Shown in pieces: positions 10,214 through 19,343 of a stretch of DNA of 64,000 bases. The DNA lies in NCBI GenBank assembly GCA_965242795.1, contig OZ251505.1, positions 431,133-495,132 of the forward strand, in the 5' to 3' direction. The stretch comes from an uncultured Candidatus Binatia bacterium. GTDB lineage: Bacteria > Desulfobacterota > Binatia > Bin18. A program made the position numbers and the translations under genes. The notes beneath the pieces are model-generated. The model ran no database searches. It worked only from the letters and a program-made list of their open reading frames with translations, and was not told the DNA's origin. Positions within the stretch are counted from its first letter, which is position 1; every line of letters starts with the position of its first letter.

Positions 10214-11968
10214 CTACGACCGGCGCGCCTTCGCGTCGCCCGGGATACGGATGTCGTCAACGAGCGTCTGCACGTCCGCGGGCGGCGGCGCGGTCAGCCA
10301 CGAGAGGCCGAGCGCGACCGCGAAATTCAGCAGCATCCCGACCCCGCCGATGCCTTCCGGTGAAATACCCCACCACCAGTGCGCCGCGCTGTTCAGTTCC
10401 GGGGAAACGAATTTGAAATAGATGATGTAGGCGCCCGTAAATCCCAAACCGACCACCATGCCGGCAACCGCGCCCATGCAGTTCGTCCGCTTGGTGAAGA
10501 TGCCCAGCACGATGGCCGGAAAGAAACTCGACGCGGCCAAGCCGAACGCGAACGCCACGACCTGCGCGACGAAGCCGGGCGGATGGATGCCGAAATACCC
10601 GGCCACCAGCACCGCCACGCCCGCGGCCAGCCGCGCATAGCCCAACTCCTGCCGTTCGGTCAGGTCGGGGCGGATGACCTTCTTCATCAGATCGTGGGAG
10701 ATGGAGACGGACAGCACGAGGAGGAGACCCGCTGCGGTGGACAACGCCGCGGCCAACCCGCCGGCCGCCACCAGCGCGACCAGCCACGCCGGCAGCCGCG
10801 CGATTTCCGGGTTGGCCAACACGATGATGTCCCGGTCGATGTCCAGTTCGTTGCCTTGCCAGCCCCGCGCCGCGGCCTGTGCGGCGAACGCCGGGTTCCG
10901 GTCGTTGTAGTACTGAATGCGCCCGTCGCGATTCTTGTCCGAAAAGCGGATCAGCCCGGTCTCCTCCCATTTGGAGAACCACGCCGGCATGCCGGCGTAC
11001 TCGGCGCCGTGAACGGTCGTCAGGATGTTCGTGCGCGCGAACGCGGCGACCGCCGGCGCGCTGGCGTACAGGATGACGATGAACAGCAGCGCCCAGCCCG
11101 CGGACAGGCGCGCGTCGCGCACGTTGGGGACCGTGAAGAACCGGGTGATGACGTGCGGCAGGCCCGCGGTGCCGACCATCAGCGACAGGGTGATGAAGAA
11201 GACGTCGACGACCGTCTTGCTGCCGCGGCCGGTATAGGCCGCGAAGCCCAGTTCCCGGCTCAAGGCGTCGAGCTTGTCCAACAGCGCGACACCGGGCTCG
11301 GCCGACAGGTCTGCGCCGAACCCCATCTGCGGCAGCAACGTGTCGGTCATCATCAGCGAAATGAAGAAGATCGGCAGCATGTAGGCGAAGATCAGCACGC
11401 AATATTGGGCCACTTGGGTGTACGTGATGCCCTTCTGGCCGCCGGTCACCGCATAGACGAACACGAGCGCCATGCCGACCGCCACGCCCCACTCGACCGG
11501 CACTTCGAGGAACCGGGCGAACACCACCCCGACCCCGCGCATCTGTCCGGCAACGTAGGTGAACGACACGAAGATGGCACACACCAGGGCGACGACCCGC
11601 GCGGTCTGCGAATAATACCGCTCGCCCACGAAATCGGGCACCGTGTATTTGCCGAACTTGCGCAGATACGGCGCCAGCAGCAACGCCAGCAGCACGTAGC
11701 CGCCGGTCCAGCCCATCAGATACATGGCGCCGTCGCGGCCCAGCACCGACATCATGCCGGCCATCGAAATGAATGACGCCGCGCTCATCCAGCCGGCCGC
11801 GGTCGCCATGCCGTTGGCGAGCGCGCCGACCCGCGAGCCGGCCACGTAGAAATCCGCGGTCGATTCGGCCTTGGCGCGCCACGCGATGCCGATGTACAGC
11901 GCGAACGACAGACCGACGAGAACGAAGGTCCAGACTTTGACCGGGTCGGTCGGGAGCAGGTCGGTCAC
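10214..11968 (-). CDS. actP: Cation/acetate symporter ActP (sodium:solute symporter family)
   Basis: 584 aa with strong SSS/ActP similarity (YVAGSRVGALANGMATAAGWMSAASFISMAGM...GTAGLPHVITRFFTV...SHDLMKKVIRP). The GTG start overlaps the upstream stop as GTGA. Confidence 0.9.
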   Translation of the reverse strand: MTDLLPTDPVKVWTFVLVGLSFALYIGIAWRAKAESTADFYVAGSRVGALANGMATAAGWMSAASFISMAGMMSVLGRDGAMYLMGWTGGYVLLALLLAPYLRKFGKYTVPDFVGERYYSQTARVVALVCAIFVSFTYVAGQMRGVGVVFARFLEVPVEWGVAVGMALVFVYAVTGGQKGITYTQVAQYCVLIFAYMLPIFFISLMMTDTLLPQMGFGADLSAEPGVALLDKLDALSRELGFAAYTGRGSKTVVDVFFITLSLMVGTAGLPHVITRFFTVPNVRDARLSAGWALLFIVILYASAPAVAAFARTNILTTVHGAEYAGMPAWFSKWEETGLIRFSDKNRDGRIQYYNDRNPAFAAQAAARGWQGNELDIDRDIIVLANPEIARLPAWLVALVAAGGLAAALSTAAGLLLVLSVSISHDLMKKVIRPDLTERQELGYARLAAGVAVLVAGYFGIHPPGFVAQVVAFAFGLAASSFFPAIVLGIFTKRTNCMGAVAGMVVGLGFTGAYIIYFKFVSPELNSAAHWWWGISPEGIGGVGMLLNFAVALGLSWLTAPPPADVQTLVDDIRIPGDAKARRS

Positions 11969-12294
11969 CGCGGCGCTCCGGTCTCGTGCGCGCCGGAGCG
12001 TTCCGTTGCATCCTGCGCGGCGTGGCGTTCGTCCAGACTGTAGGCGCGGTCCAGCCGGTTCATCAGCCAGACGTAGGCGAAGATCAGCACCACGAAGACG
12101 TACATGGAGCCTTGCTGCGCCATCCAGAAGCCGAGCCGGAACCCGCCTAGCCGGATTTCGTTCAGCGCATCGACGAACACGACCGACAGCCCGAACGAGA
12201 CAATGGCCCACACGCCGAGCAACGCGGCCACGATGCCGACGTTCGCGCGCCAATAGGCACGCCGGCGCGTTGCGGAGGAAGCGGGCGCGTTCAT
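11965..12294 (-). CDS. DUF485 (YjcH-like) small inner-membrane protein, the canonical partner upstream of actP
   Basis: 109 aa with two TM helices. Its stop overlaps the actP GTG start by 4 nt (translational coupling). Confidence 0.8.
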   Translation of the reverse strand: MNAPASSATRRRAYWRANVGIVAALLGVWAIVSFGLSVVFVDALNEIRLGGFRLGFWMAQQGSMYVFVVLIFAYVWLMNRLDRAYSLDERHAAQDATERSGAHETGAPR

Positions 12295-12388
12295 GTCGAG
12301 AGGCTATACCACAAGCCCGAACGGGATGGCACGGGAGTTGCGCAATCCCCAAGCGACAAGATAAGCAAGCGAACCGGAGCACGAACCC

Positions 12389-14155
12389 ATGCTGCGCGAG
12401 TTGCAATTGGCGAACTTCAAGGCGTTCGGCGAGAAGGTGAGAATCCCGATTCGTCCGCTGACGCTCATCTTCGGCGCCAACTCCTCCGGCAAGAGTTCCG
12501 TCTTCCAGGCGTTGTTGCTCTTGAAGCAGACGCTGGAGGAGGCGCAGAGCCCAGAGACCCTCCTACTTTTCAAAGGCAATTTGGTGGACCTGGGAACGTA
12601 TAGAGACATCGTACACCGGCACGATGTCGATCTGAGTTTCGAGGTTGGAGTACAATTCGATAAAAAAAACTTCAAGGATGCAGATATAGAAAAAGACGTG
12701 TACGGGGAAGAATGGTCGCGAGCTTCTCCCCCGATCAGTCGAGTAAAGGGACCCGGATCGTTACCCAACGCACGAGAAATTCTCAATGATGCAGACGCAT
12801 TGAGTGCCGGCATGACGATCAAGTTTTTCGAAAATTCCGGCAAATCGGAGGTGAATGTCCATATCGGAAACGAATCTTTACCTCTGATTTCGTATGATGA
12901 CGGTTCTCCTTTCAAGATGCACATGAATTTCGATTCAAGATTCTGGCATCCCTGGTGGGGGTTGATGAAACATACGATTAAGGGAACCTTGCTCAAAGTG
13001 GCCCACTCCGTAGGTGTCAATGGAGAAGAAATATATCGATCCGACGGCACTGGCAAATACAAGACTCGGACGGAACTTGAGCGGCTTCTAGACAATTATG
13101 AATGGAAGGACGTGACAAGAGATCTCGAGCGGATGAAAAAATTCCGTTTCGCTAGTTCTTACCCGTCTCAGTTTAGGACTGTGAAGTCCGTCGAAAATGC
13201 CAAACTTTATATTCCTGCCATCATGTTTAACCGTGGACTACCTCCCCTAGAACACAGTCCCCTCAATGAAGACAGTCCCCTCAATTGGAAGATACGCACC
13301 CGGGCGGACTATTCCCGGCCTCCTGGTTCAGAATCCATATCTGCAATAGCAGACTCCTGGAACGTTGGGGAGGAGTTAGGTCGTTCCATCAATCAATTCA
13401 CGTCCGATGTAGGTTCTCTTTTTCATCGGAGCCTAAAAGAATCGGTATATCTCGGTCCTCTGAGGAGCCAACCCGAGCGTCATTACCTATTCAGAGGGGA
13501 TACGGCAGAACACGTCGAGCAAGCCGGAGAAAATCTTGCCGATCTTTTGTTCAAAATGTCACAAGATCGACAGGGCCATCTACAAAATGAACGTCTCGAT
13601 AAGATCAATGACGCCCTCAAGCTTCTCGGCATAAAATACGAACTCAGACTGTCAAGATTACAAAACGAGAATAAGACGCCAAGCAACATCTTCTCTCTGG
13701 TTCTCGTTGACCGCCAAGGGGTCGAAGCCAACGTCCGGGATGTCGGTTTTGGTATCAGCCAGGTGCTTCCCATTGTCGTACAGAGCAGACTTTCGGAGAA
13801 GCAGATGCTTTTGATCGAACAGCCCGAAATTCACCTGCACCCCGCCCATCAGGCCGAACTCGGCGACCTGTTCATCCGGTCCGCCCTCGGCGAACAACGC
13901 AATACCTTCTTGTTGGAGACACACAGCGAACACCTGATCCTCCGCATCCTGCGCCGTATCCGCGAAACGACGGAAAAGGGAAAGCCCTCGGACCCGGACG
14001 TCCCCCCGATCCGCCCGGAGGACGTGTCCGTTCTCTACGTGCAGCCGAGCAAGAACGGCGCCCGTGTCATCGAGATTCCGGTTACCGAAGACGGCGATTT
14101 CGCGCGCAACTGGCCGGGCGGCTTCTTCTCCGAGCGCGTCGAAGACCTGTTCTAG
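12389..14155 (+). CDS. ABC-type AAA ATPase (AAA_21/AAA_15-like, RecF/SbcC-like fold) with a DUF3696-like C-terminal domain; candidate defence-system ATPase
   Basis: Walker A GANSSGKSS in the first 35 aa; Walker B/D-loop LLIEQPEIHLHPAHQAELGDLF; H-loop LLETHSEHLI; a long inserted middle region; C-terminal ...YVQPSKNGARVIEIPVTEDGDFARNWPGGFFSERVEDLF. GC ~50% against a ~68% background. Confidence 0.85.
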   Translation: MLRELQLANFKAFGEKVRIPIRPLTLIFGANSSGKSSVFQALLLLKQTLEEAQSPETLLLFKGNLVDLGTYRDIVHRHDVDLSFEVGVQFDKKNFKDADIEKDVYGEEWSRASPPISRVKGPGSLPNAREILNDADALSAGMTIKFFENSGKSEVNVHIGNESLPLISYDDGSPFKMHMNFDSRFWHPWWGLMKHTIKGTLLKVAHSVGVNGEEIYRSDGTGKYKTRTELERLLDNYEWKDVTRDLERMKKFRFASSYPSQFRTVKSVENAKLYIPAIMFNRGLPPLEHSPLNEDSPLNWKIRTRADYSRPPGSESISAIADSWNVGEELGRSINQFTSDVGSLFHRSLKESVYLGPLRSQPERHYLFRGDTAEHVEQAGENLADLLFKMSQDRQGHLQNERLDKINDALKLLGIKYELRLSRLQNENKTPSNIFSLVLVDRQGVEANVRDVGFGISQVLPIVVQSRLSEKQMLLIEQPEIHLHPAHQAELGDLFIRSALGEQRNTFLLETHSEHLILRILRRIRETTEKGKPSDPDVPPIRPEDVSVLYVQPSKNGARVIEIPVTEDGDFARNWPGGFFSERVEDLF

Positions 14156-14157
14156 CC

Positions 14158-15096
14158 ATGATCCACGAATACGCGTTGGAACCCGAAGTCGTCGCCTCGT
14201 GGCATGACCGCGTCAAATTCCGGTTCTTCATCGACCAGTTCGGATGTGGAGCCGGACGGGTCGTCGGGATGTATCCGAGCAAAACGAATTGGAGAAAACA
14301 CGTTCGGGCGGCGTTGGATGCCGACTTTTCTCCAACCGACAAAGATCGAAAGAGAGTGGAGGAGATCGTCAAGAAACTCATTGCGTCCAAGGTGCAACGT
14401 GATGGGAGTGAATGGAACGGCACGCTTGATTGGCTCACCAACGCGGAAAGCGAACATCTCCGCAAACCCTTCCACGCCATTCTTGCCCGTGAGAACCCGC
14501 GCAATAACGAGACGGTCATGCGTGAAGCCGACGTCCTGGAAAGAGAAGCAGCCGGTTGGAATGCTCCACACTCGATAGTTGTCCGACGGAGTGCGGAGAA
14601 CATGGCGGAGTGCGTGGCACTGATGCTGCGTTGTGCAACCCGCGTACTCTTCGTCGATCCGTATTTCCGGGCCGACAAACCACGATTCAGAGAGCCACTA
14701 GCCGCGTTTCTTCGGCGGGTCAGCCCACAAGCCACGCTGGAAATTCATGCCTCAGCCTCTTACAAAAACGCTCCGAATGAGGAGCATTTCCGGAACGAAT
14801 CTGAACGCGACTTGCAGCGTCATTCCGTCATTCCAGACGGACGAGAACTCACGGTGTACCGTTGGCGAGACCGTACAGGCGGCGAAAAAATGCACAATCG
14901 TTACGTCTTGACCGACATCGGCGGCGTCGAATTCGGCGCCGGGCTGGATGAAGGGGAGGAGGGTACTAAAGACGATGTCAACCGCTTGGGCGCGGAGCCC
15001 TACGAAAAGCGGTATCAGGACTATGCCGGACCGTGCTTCTCCTTCGATCCTGATGGTGAGCCGTTCCGTGTTCCATCCAACCAGGAACGGACATAA
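14158..15096 (+). CDS. Hypothetical protein (312 aa), coupled partner of the AAA ATPase and possible effector
   Basis: Its start lies 2 nt after the ATPase stop, on the same strand and in the same AT-rich islet. No confident domain was found. It has a single H-x-R-x4-D-x6-G stretch (HNRYVLTDIGGVEFG) loosely reminiscent of a PLD/HKD motif. Confidence 0.6.
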   Translation: MIHEYALEPEVVASWHDRVKFRFFIDQFGCGAGRVVGMYPSKTNWRKHVRAALDADFSPTDKDRKRVEEIVKKLIASKVQRDGSEWNGTLDWLTNAESEHLRKPFHAILARENPRNNETVMREADVLEREAAGWNAPHSIVVRRSAENMAECVALMLRCATRVLFVDPYFRADKPRFREPLAAFLRRVSPQATLEIHASASYKNAPNEEHFRNESERDLQRHSVIPDGRELTVYRWRDRTGGEKMHNRYVLTDIGGVEFGAGLDEGEEGTKDDVNRLGAEPYEKRYQDYAGPCFSFDPDGEPFRVPSNQERT

Positions 15097-15131
15097 AGTC
15101 GAGCCAGAAAATTTGCTCGGCCTTCCGGGGG

Positions 15132-15146
15132 GAGAAAAAATTTCTC
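15132..15146. terminator. Short palindrome GAGAAAAAATTTCTC between convergent genes; possible bidirectional terminator hairpin
   Basis: Perfect 6-bp inverted repeat with an A/T-rich centre, lying between the 3' ends of 14158-15096 (+) and 15177-15581 (-). Confidence 0.35.
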
Positions 15147-15176
15147 GGAATGCCGGCGCCAGCGATGAAATGTAGA

Positions 15177-15581
15177 TTACGCCGCGTCCCGCGGCGGGGG
15201 CAGTTCGCGCGAAACGATGTACTGCAAGACGCTCTGCGGCGTAATCAGTCCCACCACAATGCCTTGGCGCACCACCGGCAGGTGATGGATGTGCTGCTCG
15301 CGCAGGATGCGGATCACGTGATCCGCGGGGGTGAACTCGTCAACGGTCGTCACGGGCGCGGTCATCAGCGTCGGAATGGTCGCCTCGCCCGGCTGCGGCC
15401 CCAAAAAGGCGTCCAGCACGTCGCTTTCGGTGATGATGCCCAGCACGTGGCCGTCGGCGTCCGTCACCGGGAGCCCGGTGATGTCCAGACGGGCGAGGCG
15501 CCGCGCCGTCTCCGCCAACGTCGTCTCGGGCGTGACCACCACGTCGTTGACCACCATGAGTTGCCGGGCGTGTCCTCTCAC
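15177..15581 (-). CDS. CBS domain-containing protein
   Basis: 134 aa with a tandem CBS pattern (TPETTLAETARRL...ITGLPVTDADGHVLGIITESDVL...HHLPVVRQGIVVGLITPQSVL). Confidence 0.8.
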   Translation of the reverse strand: MRGHARQLMVVNDVVVTPETTLAETARRLARLDITGLPVTDADGHVLGIITESDVLDAFLGPQPGEATIPTLMTAPVTTVDEFTPADHVIRILREQHIHHLPVVRQGIVVGLITPQSVLQYIVSRELPPPRDAA

Positions 15582-15852
15582 TGAAGCCTCCCCGCGGGCG
15601 ACCGGGTCTGCCGAAGCAAGCCGCTGGGCCGGACGGAGCCTATCAGGCGCGCGCAGTGTGGCATACCCGGCCGGGCCGGTCGAGCTTGGAACCTCAGTCC
15701 GGTATCCGAGATATAATAGAGAGGCCGAAGTATCGGATTTCCAAAGGTTCGGCTTGACCGGTCTGAAATTTCCTGTTCCCTTTCGCCCATAAAGGCGGGA
15801 ACCTGGTGCGGAGTAGCCATCAAAACGGCGAGAGGCTGGGAGGGCTCCGAAA

Positions 15853-16101
15853 ATGACCGCAAGGGAACAGCTTCACCAATTGGTGGACACGTTACCGGAA
15901 CACGATCTGGCAACCGCGGAACGTGTGCTGGCCGGATTGTCCGCACTGTCCGATCCTGTGAGGGCGGCGCTGGCAACGGCACCCCCTGACGATGAACCCC
16001 TGACGGACGCCGAAGCGGAACAGATTGCCGCCGGCGAACGCGACATCGAAAACGGGCGAATGGTTACAAACGCCCAAGTTCGTACCCACCTTGGGCTGTG
16101 A
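15853..16101 (+). CDS. Type II antitoxin paired with the RelE/ParE toxin
   Basis: 82-aa acidic protein immediately upstream of the toxin, overlapping it by 4 nt (GTGA). Confidence 0.6.
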   Translation: MTAREQLHQLVDTLPEHDLATAERVLAGLSALSDPVRAALATAPPDDEPLTDAEAEQIAAGERDIENGRMVTNAQVRTHLGL

Positions 16102-16340
16102 CGGTCCACTACACCAAGCGAGCCGTGAAGGACCTCGAGAGGCTTCCACGCACCGGCCAACGGCGAATCGTGGAGGCAGTGGATCGCTTCGCCATGAACG
16201 GCGTCGGTGACGTGCGGACACTGACGGGACGATGGCGGGGGAGGTTTCGCTTGCGCGTCGGAACGTTGCGCGTCATTTTCCGTATGGACGACGGTATCAA
16301 CGTCGTTCGTGTGCTGCACCGGCGGGAGGCATACCGTTAG
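16098..16340 (+). CDS. Type II toxin, RelE/ParE family
   Basis: 80 aa with VHYTKRAVKDLERLP...IVEAVDRFA...FRLRVGTLRVIFRMDDGINVVRVLHRREAY, typical of RelE/ParE. The GTG start overlaps the antitoxin stop. Confidence 0.8.
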   Translation: MTVHYTKRAVKDLERLPRTGQRRIVEAVDRFAMNGVGDVRTLTGRWRGRFRLRVGTLRVIFRMDDGINVVRVLHRREAYR

Positions 16341-16499
16341 AGAATGACGATCAAGACACTTCTGACCGTAATGCGGCAACGGTCCCCCGATTCCGAATCG
16401 ACGCGCTTGGGGAGATGCGTTCAGGTCATTCACACGTCTGTCTTTTCTCAGTATAGTGGCGGGCCACGCCGGTCGGGTGCGTAAGGCACGCTGGGTCGC

Positions 16500-17270
16500 A
16501 TGAATCGAATACGAACGACGAGATCGCGGACATGGCGCTGGGGGCTGCTCGGAGTTGCGGCCCTGACGGCGCTGAGCTTGGGCGAGTTCGCCGCGCCCGT
16601 GCCATGCGAAGCGCAGTTCCTGAACCAGGGGATGCGCATGGGGAGCCAACTGACGCGCCAGAGCCGGACCCGATTGCGCCAGGAGAAGCAGAAACGCGGC
16701 ACCGGCCCGGAAATCGAAGAGGTCGTCCGCCGGCTCGCCAACGACCGACCCGAGACGCGCATGGCCGCGGTCAAGTCGCTCGGGGAAATGCAGAATCCCA
16801 AGGTCGTCGATTATCTGCTCAACGCGACCGCGGATTCCGACATCCGGGTCAAGGTCAAAGCCATCGAATACCTGGGGAAGATGCGCGCGACGGATGCCAC
16901 GACCGCGCTGGCGCAGCAGCTTTTTCTGCGCGACGTGCATACCGGAGTCAAGAAAAAAGTGCTGATCGCGTTGGGCAAGATCGGCGACCCGCGCGGCGCC
17001 ACGCCCATCATCGAGTTCATGAGCCGCGACCTGGACGAGCCCACGTTGGGCACCGCGCTGTTCGCGCTCAAGGAAGTCGGCACCGAGGACGTGCTGACGT
17101 TTCTCGACGAATTCTCGCGGATCGAAGAGTCCGTCCAACTGCGGCGGCTGGCGGCCGACGCGGCAATGGACATTCGGACGCGCCTGTCGCCGGAATTCGC
17201 GCCGGTCGTCCCGTCGTTCGTGAAACAGGTCGAACTGCGCGAGAAGATGCAGAAAGGCGGCGAAGGCTGA
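16500..17270 (+). CDS. HEAT-repeat (PBS-lyase-like) protein with an N-terminal signal peptide
   Basis: Signal-like N-terminus WRWGLLGVAALTALSLGEFAAP, then repeated xxRxxAxxxLGxxxxxxxxxxL units (RMAAVKSLGEM, RVKVKAIEYLGKM, KKVLIALGKIGDP). Confidence 0.7.
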   Translation: MNRIRTTRSRTWRWGLLGVAALTALSLGEFAAPVPCEAQFLNQGMRMGSQLTRQSRTRLRQEKQKRGTGPEIEEVVRRLANDRPETRMAAVKSLGEMQNPKVVDYLLNATADSDIRVKVKAIEYLGKMRATDATTALAQQLFLRDVHTGVKKKVLIALGKIGDPRGATPIIEFMSRDLDEPTLGTALFALKEVGTEDVLTFLDEFSRIEESVQLRRLAADAAMDIRTRLSPEFAPVVPSFVKQVELREKMQKGGEG

Positions 17271-17353
17271 CGTCCCGCTCCCAACCTCCCCGCCCGCGTT
17301 GCCGAAGGCCGCGGGCGCACGGAAACTTCACGCCCAACAGAGGAACCTCGTCC

Positions 17354-18874
17354 ATGTCAACCACCGTGTCGATGCGACGCTTCCGGTTCGGTTTCATCTC
17401 TCTCGTCCTGGCGGCCCCGTTCCTGATGGACGTCGGATCGCTCCATGCCCTCGACCTGTTCGGCACGCCCAAAGCCGAGGAGGCTGAAGAGAAGCCGAAA
17501 GCCACGGCGCCGGCGGCGGCGTCTCCGGCCAGCCGGCTGCCGCATTTCACCGAGATCGCCAAAACCACCATGCCGGCGGTCGTCAACATCTCGACGACGC
17601 AGAAATCCATGAGGCGGTCCCGTCGGGGCCAGCGGCCGATGCCCGGTCCGTTCGGCATGCCCGGCCCTTTCGGGGACGACCTGTTCGAGGAATTCTTCCG
17701 CCGCTTCCGCCCGCCGCAACAGCGCCAGCGGCGCAGCCTGGGATCGGGTTTCATCATCAGCACGGACGGCTACATCGTCACCAACGAACACGTGGTCGGC
17801 GAGGCGGAGAAAATCACGGTCCGCCTGTCCGGCGAGGAAGAGTTCGAGGCCGAAGTCGTGGGCACCGACGACAAGACCGACCTGGCGTTGATCAAGATCG
17901 AATCCGACCAGCCCCTGCGGACCGTGCCGCTGGGCACGTCCGCGGATCTGCAGATCGGCGACTGGGTCATGGCGATCGGCAACCCCTTCGGGTTGGAACA
18001 GACGGTGACCGCGGGCATCGTCAGCGCCAAGGGCCGGGTCATCGGCGCCGGCCCGTACGACGACTTCATTCAGACCGACGCCTCCATCAACCCCGGCAAC
18101 TCCGGCGGCCCGCTGCTCAACCTGCAAGGCGAGGTCGTGGGGATCAACTCGGCCATCTTCAGCGGCAGCGGCGGGAACATCGGGATCGGCTTCGCGATTC
18201 CCGTCGATATGGCGCGCGCGATCATCGACCAGTTGCAGAGCACCGGCAAGGTGACGCGCGGGTGGTTGGGCGTCGCGATCCAGACGGTCACGAGCGAGTT
18301 GGCCGAGTCCTTCGACCTGGACGAGCCGAGCGGCGCGCTGGTCGCCGAGGTCACCGAGGACGGCCCCGCGAAAAAAGCCGGGCTGGCGCGCGGCGACATC
18401 ATCACCCACTTCAAGGGTCGGAAGGTCGTCAAGTCGCACGAACTGCCGGCGATGGTCGCCCGTTCCGCGGTCGGCGAACAGGTCGAGATCAGGATCCTGC
18501 GCGGCGGCAAATCGCGCACGCTCACGGTCACGCTGGGCGAACTCACCGACCGCGTGGCGCGCGCCGGCGGGCAGGAAGAGATCGAAGCGGGCTGGGGCAT
18601 GACCGTGTCCGGCATTTCGGACGAACACCTCCAGCGCTATCGCCTGCCCGAGGATCAACAGGGCGTGGTGGTCACCGAGGTCGAGTCCGGCGGGCCGGCG
18701 GAAATGGCCGGCATCCGGCCCGGGGACGTGATCGAAGAGGTCAACCGGCAGGCCGTGAACTCGGTGGGCGACTTCACGGGCATCCTGGACAAATCCGGAC
18801 AGACCGACACCCTGCTGCTGCTCGTGCGGCGCGGAAACTTCACGTCCTTCTTTCCGCTCCGCAAGCGGAACTGA
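17354..18874 (+). CDS. Periplasmic serine endoprotease DegP/HtrA (Do family) with trypsin-like domain and two PDZ domains
   Basis: Signal peptide, HVV...D...GNSGGPL catalytic triad context, then two PDZ-like regions. The 780-aa ORF in the track is an upstream read-through. True start is the ATG at 17354, with an AGAGGAA RBS. Confidence 0.9.
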   Translation: MSTTVSMRRFRFGFISLVLAAPFLMDVGSLHALDLFGTPKAEEAEEKPKATAPAAASPASRLPHFTEIAKTTMPAVVNISTTQKSMRRSRRGQRPMPGPFGMPGPFGDDLFEEFFRRFRPPQQRQRRSLGSGFIISTDGYIVTNEHVVGEAEKITVRLSGEEEFEAEVVGTDDKTDLALIKIESDQPLRTVPLGTSADLQIGDWVMAIGNPFGLEQTVTAGIVSAKGRVIGAGPYDDFIQTDASINPGNSGGPLLNLQGEVVGINSAIFSGSGGNIGIGFAIPVDMARAIIDQLQSTGKVTRGWLGVAIQTVTSELAESFDLDEPSGALVAEVTEDGPAKKAGLARGDIITHFKGRKVVKSHELPAMVARSAVGEQVEIRILRGGKSRTLTVTLGELTDRVARAGGQEEIEAGWGMTVSGISDEHLQRYRLPEDQQGVVVTEVESGGPAEMAGIRPGDVIEEVNRQAVNSVGDFTGILDKSGQTDTLLLLVRRGNFTSFFPLRKRN

Positions 18875-18925
18875 CGCGGCGTGCGGCCGGCGGGCGAATC
18901 GTCCGGGAGCGGCGGCCCGCGGCGC

Positions 18926-19324
18926 TCAGGCTTTTTCGTCTTTCAGGTCCTGGGCGAACTCGATGATGTGCCCGTCCGGGTCGCGCACGTAGGCCGTGCG
19001 TTGCCCCCATGCCCGCGTCGTCGGCGGGGTGACCGCCGCGGCGCCGCCGGCCAGCACTTCGGCATACGCGGCGTCGACGTCGTCCACCTTGAAGCCCAAC
19101 TCGAACCCCGCGGCCCCGGCTGGCGGCGCGGCGATCTCGAACCCCAACGCCTTGGACATGGCAGGCCGGGTATAGAACCCGATCCGGGTGACGCCGGTAT
19201 CGAGTTGGGCGTACTCCCCGGACCGGTGTCCCAAGCGCAGGCCGAGGACGCGCGTATAGAAGTCCACGGCCCGGTCGACGTCCTCGACGATCAGGATCAC
19301 GTAGTCCGCGGCGCGGAGTTGCAT
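18926..19324 (-). CDS. VOC family (glyoxalase/bleomycin-resistance/dioxygenase) protein
   Basis: 132 aa with ADYVILIVEDVDRAVDFYTRVLGL...RDPDGHIIEF. Confidence 0.75.
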   Translation of the reverse strand: MQLRAADYVILIVEDVDRAVDFYTRVLGLRLGHRSGEYAQLDTGVTRIGFYTRPAMSKALGFEIAAPPAGAAGFELGFKVDDVDAAYAEVLAGGAAAVTPPTTRAWGQRTAYVRDPDGHIIEFAQDLKDEKA

Positions 19325-19343
19325 GGCTGGGTGCGGGCGCGGG

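Noticed and set aside
10257-12011. 584-aa ORF in an alternative frame over the actP locus
   Set aside because: R/G/P-rich nonsense. The actP frame has unmistakable symporter homology.
15685-15718. TTGGAA-N20-TATAAT as the TA-module promoter
   Set aside because: The spacer is too long (20 nt) and it lies ~135 nt from the start. Not reported as a feature.
17357-18658. 433-aa antisense ORF within degP
   Set aside because: Spurious high-GC antisense ORF.
16532-18874. 780-aa read-through ORF spanning the HEAT gene region into degP
   Set aside because: The N-terminal 270 residues are RGR-rich and overlap the HEAT-repeat gene in another frame. The real DegP start is the ATG at 17354, with RBS and signal peptide.
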